A DNA stretch of 62,416 nt from Methanobacteriota archaeon (lineage in GTDB: Archaea > Thermoplasmatota > Poseidoniia > Poseidoniales > Poseidoniaceae). The position numbers and the translations under genes were made by a program. Shown here in pieces: positions 55,236-62,416 of this stretch; the first letter of the stretch is position 1; each line of letters opens with the position of its first letter. The DNA lies in assembly GCA_002699515.1 (NCBI GenBank), contig PAAW01000061.1, forward strand, positions 1-62,416, in the 5' to 3' direction. The notes below the pieces were generated by a model that did no database searches, was not told the origin of the DNA, and saw only the letters and a program-made list of their open reading frames with translations.

Positions 55236-56899
55236 ATTATATGTCAAAAAATATAGTTTTACAAAGAGTAAAAATAGACTATCTTGTATCTATCTATTTA
55301 GCTATGTTCTTAGCTTATCAAGTATCTTTAATATTGAAAGGAGGAACAACCTGGGATGACTTACTTTTACTAGAAACTACACCCAGAATAATAGAAAAAT
55401 ATAGACTTTTTTTTGCTGATAGAAGCAATCCTTTCCTTAGTGAGTTCAGTTCAAATTTTGAATTTTATGGATTTCTTATTTTATTACCAACATATCTATT
55501 TTCAAACAATTTAGTTGTCTTAAAAATATTTCACTTTTTGTTCAATGATTTTATGTCACTTGGGATAAGAAATGAAGAAGAGATTGAATATATACTTCGT
55601 CATATTTTTTTGAACATATATTTAGTTTTAGCTCTTTTTTTGGTTTACAAGATTTATTCAAAAATATCTGATGATAAATATAGTTTTTTATTTATTCTAG
55701 TTCTTACCTTTATACCTTTAGTAAATGGTCATGCGCTATTTAATCTGAAAGACATACCATTTATGGTTCAAAACTTGTTAGCGTCCTCTTTCTTTTTATA
55801 TTATTTAAAAAACATAAAAAATAACTCATACAGGGAAGATATAAAACTTGGAATATTTTTTGGCTTATTGTTATTAGTAAGGCTTAATGGGTTTGCTTTT
55901 ATATTTATTTGTTTTTCTTTTTTCTTTTTATATGTAAATAAAAATCTTGAATCAATTAAACAATTTGTCTTTTCCTGGTTTCGCATAATGTTTACTTCTC
56001 TCATTGTTTTAATTATTGGGACTCCATCAGCTTGGCAAAAACCAAGATTATGGTTTGAAGAGTCTATAAATACACAATTTAATATTTATTGGGATTCTTA
56101 TGTACTAACAAATGGAAATTTTTCTTTTGCAATGGATGTCAATCCTTTTTACTTAATTACCTGGCTAAATTTTAAACTACCTTTGATATTTCATGTCTCA
56201 CTTTTCTTCACACTATTTTTCATTATTACGGAGATATCAAATAAATCAAAAAGAGCTACGACAACTTTAATTTATTCAGCATATTTTATAGCTGTAGTCA
56301 TTGCTGGTTTTATTTATCTTAGACCAGTTGTTTATGACGGAATTAGACAATATCTATTTCTAGTTCCTTTTTTTGTATTGTTATTTGTTGAAACCTTAAG
56401 AGTTATTAATTTGAGACAAAATGTAAAAATAATCTTTCTTCTTATTATTTTTACATATCTTGGATACACACAATGGGGTTTAGGGCCTTATAAATATATA
56501 TATTTTAATGAATTAGCAGATGAAACCAATATAACACTTGATTGTAACGAAGTCGGTGGGTGTGGAGATTGGCAGACTGATTATTGGGGTTACTCAGGAA
56601 AAGAGTTGATGAAAGTGTTAAATTATAAAGAAGTTTCTGGAGAAGTATATTTTTGTAATCCAGAGCATGTATTTACAACCTACTTTGAAAACAATAATTT
56701 AAAAATAATTAATAATATAAATAGTAAAAATAAAGAATTTTATTTAGTTTATATTCATAGACCGATGTTGAAAAATGATATTTGTGGTTTTAATAACTTA
56801 GACATAAAAGTAGAGTGCGAAAATTTTATAGTTGAAAAAACAACATTGAGGTCTGAAGATATTTTCTTAAGTTATGTTGATAAATGCAAGAGTGTTTAG
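55232..56899 (+). CDS. GT-C-like polytopic glycosyltransferase candidate (ArnT/PMT_2-like) with 6-Cys C-terminal domain
   Basis: ATGA overlap with the methyltransferase. First loop GGTTWDDLLLLE, more than 10 helices, and a ~125 aa C-terminal soluble domain with 6 Cys. Confidence 0.5.
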   Translation: MNYMSKNIVLQRVKIDYLVSIYLAMFLAYQVSLILKGGTTWDDLLLLETTPRIIEKYRLFFADRSNPFLSEFSSNFEFYGFLILLPTYLFSNNLVVLKIFHFLFNDFMSLGIRNEEEIEYILRHIFLNIYLVLALFLVYKIYSKISDDKYSFLFILVLTFIPLVNGHALFNLKDIPFMVQNLLASSFFLYYLKNIKNNSYREDIKLGIFFGLLLLVRLNGFAFIFICFSFFFLYVNKNLESIKQFVFSWFRIMFTSLIVLIIGTPSAWQKPRLWFEESINTQFNIYWDSYVLTNGNFSFAMDVNPFYLITWLNFKLPLIFHVSLFFTLFFIITEISNKSKRATTTLIYSAYFIAVVIAGFIYLRPVVYDGIRQYLFLVPFFVLLFVETLRVINLRQNVKIIFLLIIFTYLGYTQWGLGPYKYIYFNELADETNITLDCNEVGGCGDWQTDYWGYSGKELMKVLNYKEVSGEVYFCNPEHVFTTYFENNNLKIINNINSKNKEFYLVYIHRPMLKNDICGFNNLDIKVECENFIVEKTTLRSEDIFLSYVDKCKSV

Positions 56900-56902
56900 T
56901 AT

Positions 56903-57592
56903 TTAATATTTTTTCTTTAGTAATAATAAACTAAAAAACATTGAGATTGAATCAGTAAATATATTTACAGAAGTTTCATTATTGTGAATATATATAACGG
57001 GCACCTCTTCTAGTGTTATTTTTAAAGAATTTAATGCAAGTAAAAGATCAACATCATATGCAAAATTACCAACTGATAAGATGTTATTTAATTTTGAGAT
57101 ATTGTTATAAGAAATATATTTGAAACCACACTGTGTGTCTTCTATTGGTATTTTAAATAAAGTTCTAACAATAAAGCTAAAAATTTTACCAGTAAAATTT
57201 CTCCTTAAGGGTGTCCCAATTACCTCACCAGCAAACCTATTTCCTGATATTGAAATGTTTTCTATATTTAACCAATTAATATCAAACTGGTCAATTCCTA
57301 CAGAAAGATCAGCGTCTAGAATTAATATTTTATTCGAAGAAGCATTACTAAGACCTGCTTTTACTGCAAACCCTTTCCCCTTTTTAGGTTCATTTATATA
57401 TCTAAAATTTTTTTCTTGATCTAATCTATCTAAATTTTCTTTACATATTTTTTCTGTGTCATCATAAGAATTGTTATTTATAACTATTAGCTCAATCTCT
57501 ATATTATTATTTTTTGACCAACTCAAAATACTGTCAATTGACTTTTGTATAATATTCTCTTCATTATATGACGGAACTAGAACTGTAAGCAT
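56903..57592 (-). CDS. GT2 glycosyltransferase, Dpm1/GtrB-like, with NNN in place of the DDx motif
   Basis: VLVPSYNEEN, IVINNNSYDDT and ILDADLS motifs. 229 aa. Confidence 0.7.
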   Translation of the reverse strand: MLTVLVPSYNEENIIQKSIDSILSWSKNNNIEIELIVINNNSYDDTEKICKENLDRLDQEKNFRYINEPKKGKGFAVKAGLSNASSNKILILDADLSVGIDQFDINWLNIENISISGNRFAGEVIGTPLRRNFTGKIFSFIVRTLFKIPIEDTQCGFKYISYNNISKLNNILSVGNFAYDVDLLLALNSLKITLEEVPVIYIHNNETSVNIFTDSISMFFSLLLLKKKY

Positions 57593-57709
57593 TGGTTATA
57601 ATTATACAATATTAAATAGTAAGAATGATAAATGAAGTTTTGATAGTCCGACTCAATTCACTAACATATCATTGTGAAACACTATTTTCTTTATATTTAG
57701 GTAAAAAAT

Positions 57710-59125
57710 TTGGAAAAAATGCTTGAAACTACCAACAAAAAAAATCTATTCTTACTTTTATTTTTCTTTTCACCTATATTTTATAATTATTTTTTTAATC
57801 TCCTACCAAGAGAAACAAGATTTATATCATTAACAAATACGGACTTTATAAATATATTCATTAGTTTTTTGCTTTTCTTATATTTATTTTTTGTTGGAAA
57901 ACAAATACAAATAGCTTTTGGTTTAAATTCAATATCTTTTTCAATTGCTATTTATGTTTTTAGTTTTTTTATCATTGATAATCATTTGTTATTTCTTGCT
58001 AAGGAGGTTTCATTTAAAACCCTCTTTCTCTTTATAAATCTTTTATGGTTTATTTTTTTAATTACAAATAAGAAAGTTGAAAAAAAAGCTTTCTTATTAT
58101 TTGTTTTATTATCTTTGCTTACTAGAGAGTTTGTAGTCGAAAATTTGATATCAACTTACGAATTACAAACAACTTACTTTACAGTTCCAGATGAAGACAA
58201 GGTTTGGTTGCCAGTTACAACAAAAATTTTTGAAAGCAATTATCATTTTGCATTGCTGAATTTCCCAGGTCATAGTGGTTATGGGTTATTAATTTCGCAC
58301 ATAAGTTCCTTATTTACTCTTATTTGCACTAGTGTTAAAAGCTTTGTTTTCTTTCCTTTTATTAAAAATGTATTCTATTTCTTAACAATGCTTTTTATTT
58401 ACGAATATAAAAGCTCAACCTTTTCTAAAGCAATTCTTTCAATTGTTTTATTAGTAGTTACACTGAATAGTCATTGGTTTAGATATTTATTATTTAATTC
58501 TTTGATGTTGGAATCAGCTGTTAGTTATTATTTTGCAGTTCTTTTTTATTCTTCAGAAGAATCAAACAATAAAAAAGAAAAAAATCTATCGATATTTTTA
58601 TTAGGGGTATTGTTTTTTAGTAAGCAATTTATAGCCTTAATTGCAATTTTTTATATTGTTTATTTATTTCTTATTAGAAGAATTACTGTTTTTACACTTG
58701 GACTGGGTATCTCAGGAGTTTTTATATCATTTATAAATTATATTTTCTTGAATATTGACATAACTTGGTCGAATTATTTTGACAATTATGGTTCAGCAAT
58801 TGAGTTAGAGAGAACAATTAATTACAGCAACTTTTTCAATGTCATTAATCAATTTTTAATTGACAGGCCCTTATCTGTCTTTTTGTTCGTATTAACAATT
58901 CTTTTCTTTGTAAATCTGAACAAAAATTTTATGAAATTTAAAAACGCTAGTTTAATTTTTCTATTCAATACCGTATTAGTATTTGTTCTCTATATATTTA
59001 TTTGGACAAACGTTCAAATTGATTCAAGTTACAGATATATAATAAATTGCTTCCATCTTTTGCTTCCTATATATTTAGTTACAATTGATAACTTTTTGTC
59101 CCATAAAACAAAAAGTAAAAATTAG
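57710..59125 (+). CDS. Polytopic membrane protein, GT-C-like
   Basis: 471 aa and more than 10 hydrophobic helices. Acidic loop FTVPDEDKVW. The start is TTG 57710 or ATG 57719. Confidence 0.45.
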   Translation: MEKMLETTNKKNLFLLLFFFSPIFYNYFFNLLPRETRFISLTNTDFINIFISFLLFLYLFFVGKQIQIAFGLNSISFSIAIYVFSFFIIDNHLLFLAKEVSFKTLFLFINLLWFIFLITNKKVEKKAFLLFVLLSLLTREFVVENLISTYELQTTYFTVPDEDKVWLPVTTKIFESNYHFALLNFPGHSGYGLLISHISSLFTLICTSVKSFVFFPFIKNVFYFLTMLFIYEYKSSTFSKAILSIVLLVVTLNSHWFRYLLFNSLMLESAVSYYFAVLFYSSEESNNKKEKNLSIFLLGVLFFSKQFIALIAIFYIVYLFLIRRITVFTLGLGISGVFISFINYIFLNIDITWSNYFDNYGSAIELERTINYSNFFNVINQFLIDRPLSVFLFVLTILFFVNLNKNFMKFKNASLIFLFNTVLVFVLYIFIWTNVQIDSSYRYIINCFHLLLPIYLVTIDNFLSHKTKSKN

Positions 59126-59171
59126 CATCTAAGTAAAACAAAAATCATACAACTAAAATAATTAATATAAA

Positions 59172-59894
59172 ATGTATAAAGTTGAAAAAGTTAAATCTAA
59201 GAAGACAGTCTCTATTGTTGTACCGCTTCATAATAAAGAAAGCAATATTGAAAGTACAATATCATTAATTATCAAGAGTATTCTCTTTAAAGAAATCCAG
59301 TTAATTGTTGTAGAAAATGATTCATCTGATAATTCAAAAAAAATTGCTATTGAAACTATTAACAAATATAAACAGCAATTTGATGTTTCTCTTTATGAAT
59401 CAAAAAAAGGTTTAGGAAATGCATTGATTGAAGGTTTAAAACATTGTAAGCATGAATGGATATATATTGTTCCAGCAGATTTTAGTTTTGGGACTTCTGA
59501 TATTGCTTATGTAGAGAAAAATAAATTATGGGATAATTTTGACTTATTTATCGGATCTAAGGGACATAAAGAATCACAAATAAATAGAACTATTTCGAGA
59601 AAAATGTATTCAAAAATCTTTAACATATTGCTACGTGTAAATTTTGGTATTCCATTTAAAGACACACAGGGGACAATTATATTCAAAAAAAATATATTAG
59701 ATCAGATTAATAAATTAGAAAATGAAGAGTTTCTTGTTACAACTGAGTTAATTGTTAAGGCTTTTAAAAAGAATAAAAAAATTTCTGAAATACCTGTAAA
59801 AGAGCTAGCAACCGAAACCCAATCGACTGTTAAGCCTTTTAAAGATGGTATAAAAATGTTGATAAATATTTTTTCTCTAAAAAGAAATAGTTAA
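59172..59894 (+). CDS. GT2 glycosyltransferase, Dpm1/GtrB-like
   Basis: VSIVVPLHNKESN, VVENDSSDNS, and size/layout like polyprenyl-phosphate glycosyltransferases. Confidence 0.7.
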   Translation: MYKVEKVKSKKTVSIVVPLHNKESNIESTISLIIKSILFKEIQLIVVENDSSDNSKKIAIETINKYKQQFDVSLYESKKGLGNALIEGLKHCKHEWIYIVPADFSFGTSDIAYVEKNKLWDNFDLFIGSKGHKESQINRTISRKMYSKIFNILLRVNFGIPFKDTQGTIIFKKNILDQINKLENEEFLVTTELIVKAFKKNKKISEIPVKELATETQSTVKPFKDGIKMLINIFSLKRNS

Positions 59895-59914
59895 AGCCGT
59901 TAAGCTTCACGAGT

Positions 59915-60685
59915 TTAATAAATTATTTTTTTTATAAGTTGTTTTAACTTTTTGATATGAAATGGAACATCAAAAAAAGTTATTAGAAAAAAATATATTT
60001 TACTATCAATGAATATATTTTTTACTCTATAAAAACTTACTTTCCAAGCTTTTAATAATTTATTATTGATATAAATTGCATCACCGTAATTTGAATCATT
60101 ATATTTTTTGTGATTAAGTTTTCTAATAGTTCTTATTCTTGTATAGGAATTATTTATCAAGAATTCTTCTAAATCCTTAAATACAACTTGATTTATATAA
60201 CCTTCAAACATACTAAATTCAACAATAAGATATTTAAATTCATTTATTTTACCCCCCATACCTTTCAAGACTTCTAGTTCATAACCTTGAGTATCAATCA
60301 CTGCTAGATCTATATTGTTAATATCTAAAGATTCATAAGTTTTCACTTGAATCATTTCTTTTTTACTAAATGAGATATCTGATGGTCTTGGTTCAAGTAA
60401 AGAACTGCTTCCTGATGAATTACCATCTGCAACATGTATCTCTTCATTCTTATTTTCAGAACCAAGTGCCAAGTTGTATGCTTCAAAGTTTGATAAATCT
60501 CTTGATTTAATATTTTCTTTAATCTCTAAGTAGAATAACTTTATAGGTTCGAAATAAATTACATTTGACAATTTATACGAATTGTAAAAGTCAATTTCTT
60601 CTCCTTTATGCCCCCCAACATGAATTAATGAATTTACATGATCTTTTTCTAATATTTTTTTTAGTAATTTTTCTGTAGATGCCAT
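59915..60685 (-). CDS. FkbM-family methyltransferase
   Basis: IHVGGHKGEE and VIDTQGYELEVLKG motifs. Confidence 0.7.
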   Translation of the reverse strand: MASTEKLLKKILEKDHVNSLIHVGGHKGEEIDFYNSYKLSNVIYFEPIKLFYLEIKENIKSRDLSNFEAYNLALGSENKNEEIHVADGNSSGSSSLLEPRPSDISFSKKEMIQVKTYESLDINNIDLAVIDTQGYELEVLKGMGGKINEFKYLIVEFSMFEGYINQVVFKDLEEFLINNSYTRIRTIRKLNHKKYNDSNYGDAIYINNKLLKAWKVSFYRVKNIFIDSKIYFFLITFFDVPFHIKKLKQLIKKIIY

Positions 60686-60814
60686 TGCAATATCAATATT
60701 ACTTCTAAATAGTCATAAATTGGATATCTAGATACAAGTTTTTATTAATGCTAGATTTACTCACCATTCTTAATATAATTTAATAGCAACTATATAAAAA
60801 CTTAAAGGAATAAT

Positions 60815-61621
60815 TTGAATATCACCATAAATAAGCTTAAATGGTTAATCAAAAAGATAGGTATATTCTTAAGGCATCCATTGTTAAGTATTAATAACAA
60901 TTTTGATTTTGATTTTTTAAATGCAGTTTTTATGAACAATAAATTAATTAATAAGAACAAAGAATTAAATAATTTACAAAGCTTGTCTGCAATCAAAAAA
61001 CTGAATTTTGATAAAGAAACCAACTTATCTATTCAGAATTCTGAACATTTGAATAAAGTTGTAAATAGTAATTATTTTACAAATTTAAATTATTTCGGCT
61101 ATGGTTATAGAATTCTTGAATCAACAAAATTTAAAGATTTTGACTATATTAATTCCTTCCATTTATATCCAGCTAATATTTTTGCAATTAATGAAATCAA
61201 GAATCTAATTGATAAAAACTTAATAGGTGATGGCTTAATCATAGATTACCCCTCAGGAATTGGTAATTTGTTCATATACCTACAAAAGATTATTAATAAA
61301 AATAATTTTGTGGGCATTGATAATTTTGAACAAATTTCAAAAAATGATATTGAAAAATATCAAAATAATACTGGTAGCAATGTTTTAATTACTACATTTG
61401 AAGACTTTATTTTAAATAATGAAAATAGAGCTGTTGATTTAATAGTTTCGATTGAACTAGATTTAGATATTATTATAAAAAATATATTTGAACTTAATCC
61501 TAAATTTTTAATTTTTGAAACAATGTATGTAAGTCGATTCAAGGACATTATGAAAATGCTAAATGAAAAATACAAGGTTTATTTAATCAATGAATCAATA
61601 ATTATTTATTTAAGAAAATAA
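60815..61621 (+). CDS. Hypothetical protein, weak methyltransferase-like motif
   Basis: IIDYPSGIGNLFIYL .. VGIDN resembles motif I plus an acidic loop. Weak evidence. Confidence 0.3.
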   Translation: MNITINKLKWLIKKIGIFLRHPLLSINNNFDFDFLNAVFMNNKLINKNKELNNLQSLSAIKKLNFDKETNLSIQNSEHLNKVVNSNYFTNLNYFGYGYRILESTKFKDFDYINSFHLYPANIFAINEIKNLIDKNLIGDGLIIDYPSGIGNLFIYLQKIINKNNFVGIDNFEQISKNDIEKYQNNTGSNVLITTFEDFILNNENRAVDLIVSIELDLDIIIKNIFELNPKFLIFETMYVSRFKDIMKMLNEKYKVYLINESIIIYLRK

Positions 61622-61628
61622 TAAGTTT

Positions 61629-62192
61629 TTATTTAGTAATTCTTTTTTCAACTTTTTTATATATATTATTTTCAATAACTTCAAGTCTGGATACTAGATC
61701 AGAATCATTTTTTTTTGTTTCTTTCCAAATTGGTACCATAGCACTCCACATTCCTTCACCTTTAAATCTTGAATAAAGAGAAGCAATTACATGGAGAGCA
61801 ATTACTACGTAACTGAGAAATGCGGAAAACTCATGTATTATAATTGCAACTTCTATGCCTCCCATTCCTAAATTAAAAAGACCAGCAATTAAGAGTCCCG
61901 TAACAGGCAACATTATTAAGCTAAAATAAACCAGTCTATGAACAGTCTTTGCTATAAAAAGATGACCTTTGGGGATGTGATCATTTGCACCTAGCAAAAC
62001 TGGAGTATCTTTCATATAAATATATCGGACTATAGTAATGATCAAAAAAATTGTTGCGAATAGAATTTCAAAATTAAGTAATGAAGCATCTTCAAGCTCA
62101 GTTAGATCATCAACTTGTTTAAATATTCCATATGCATACAACAAAGTAAATGTCCAATGGATAAATTTTGCTAACGCTGTATGAGAACTCAT
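61629..62192 (-). CDS. Cytochrome b561-family membrane protein
   Basis: 187 aa with 4 helices. His residues lie in FIHWTF, VHRLVYF, IIHEF and ALHVIA, as expected for di-haem b561 (CybB-like). Confidence 0.6.
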   Translation of the reverse strand: MSSHTALAKFIHWTFTLLYAYGIFKQVDDLTELEDASLLNFEILFATIFLIITIVRYIYMKDTPVLLGANDHIPKGHLFIAKTVHRLVYFSLIMLPVTGLLIAGLFNLGMGGIEVAIIIHEFSAFLSYVVIALHVIASLYSRFKGEGMWSAMVPIWKETKKNDSDLVSRLEVIENNIYKKVEKRITK

Positions 62193-62205
62193 TATTTTTA
62201 TTATA

Positions 62206-62416
62206 TTATTTTAAAGAGTTGTAGGAAGCATTTATTAGGCTTTGTCCTCTTTCGTTAATTAGATACTCACCACCTAATTTGTTAACCAAATATCCAAAAG
62301 ACATCTTACAATCGGGATCAGCAAAGGTAGCACTACTGCCTCCAAAGCCAACATGTCCAAAAGCATTTGGGCCAATCATAAATGAACCACCTTCACCTTC
62401 AAAACTATCTCGATTA
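62206..62416 (-). CDS. Beta-lactamase-fold serine hydrolase (esterase family VIII / class C-like), C-terminal 69 aa; 5' end outside the window
   Basis: Hand translation of the minus strand gives ..NRDSFEGEGGSFMIGPNAFGHVGFGGSSATFADPDCKMSFGYLVNKLGGEYLINERGQSLINASYNSLK, with stop TAA at 62206-62208. GHxGxGGS..ADP is the family C-terminal signature. Not in the ORF track. Confidence 0.7.
   Translation of the reverse strand, partial: NRDSFEGEGGSFMIGPNAFGHVGFGGSSATFADPDCKMSFGYLVNKLGGEYLINERGQSLINASYNSLK

Noticed and set aside
1121-61575. About 35 short ORFs in the track that lie antisense to or inside larger genes: 1121-1312, 2805-2987, 3098-3385, 9302-9532, 9558-9857, 11580-11795, 14280-14516, 16580-16822, 18370-18597, 18639-18869, 21621-21827, 22182-22418, 23466-23708, 23892-24152, 29035-29250, 30713-30928, 32214-32396, 33001-33198, 34174-34380, 36793-37002, 37799-37984, 42023-42211, 42492-42704, 44081-44296, 48072-48290, 48318-48515, 51941-52132, 53821-54009, 54128-54361, 55801-56004, 57120-57419, 60802-61023 and 61360-61575.
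   Set aside because: Each is fully or largely contained in a longer ORF with clear family motifs. Their translations are low-complexity (S/F/I/L-rich), as expected for the complement of K/E/N-rich coding sequence. None shows a recognisable motif.
1-62416. A search by eye for rRNA, tRNA, CRISPR arrays, IS elements or inverted terminal repeats, integrases, prophage genes, toxin-antitoxin or restriction/defence genes, and long direct repeats.
   Set aside because: No GC-rich structured-RNA-like patches were seen, and no spaced repeat arrays. No nuclease, helicase, recombinase or transposase motifs appear in any ORF. The spacers are too short to hide such elements. A computational repeat or tRNA scan was not possible and would be needed to be definitive.

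Overview
This is very AT-rich, extremely gene-dense bacterial DNA. I call 63 CDS in 62.4 kb. Most intergenic gaps are under 60 bp, and several convergent genes overlap at their stop codons. Only the two edges look like ordinary housekeeping DNA. The left edge holds the C-terminal part of a COG3046-type photolyase-related protein plus an untracked 38-codon DUF2256-like Cys4 ORF. The right edge holds a cytochrome b561-like protein and the 3' end of a beta-lactamase-fold serine hydrolase. Everything between 859 and 61621 (59 CDS, 25 strand switches) is one cell-surface glycan island. Its contents are: (1) a legionaminic/neuraminic-type nonulosonic acid (NulO) pathway with acetamidino (hisH/hisF/WbpG-PseA-like), methyl, deacetylase and formyltransferase-like tailoring genes; (2) a second, unusual NeuB-SAF-cupin synthase next to a 101-aa HAD phosphatase; (3) two GDP-mannose 4,6-dehydratase/Fcl-type modules, one inside a 10-gene operon with two DegT aminotransferases, a cupin and a Gfo/Idh/MocA oxidoreductase; (4) about 18 Leloir-type glycosyltransferase candidates (GT2, GT4, GT8, GT26, GT13-like, GT42/DUF115-like, and three TagF/KpsS-like HP-motif proteins); (5) four polyprenyl-phosphate-sugar-synthase-like GT2 genes, three of them beside GT-C-like polytopic proteins (five such proteins in total); (6) a Wzy_C-domain protein; (7) two MsbA/PglK-type ABC exporters; and (8) up to seven methyltransferases. 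I saw no rRNA, tRNA, CRISPR, IS element, integrase, phage or defence genes. The style and content resemble hypervariable surface-glycan regions of streamlined marine bacteria (SAR11-like), but taxonomy cannot be proven from the sequence alone. Sequence-level oddities include an apparent frameshift at an A9 tract in a GT13-like gene, a GT4 gene whose conserved N-terminus is reachable only from an AUU codon, and an ABC exporter without the Q-loop glutamine. All family assignments come from motif recognition by eye. No searches were run.
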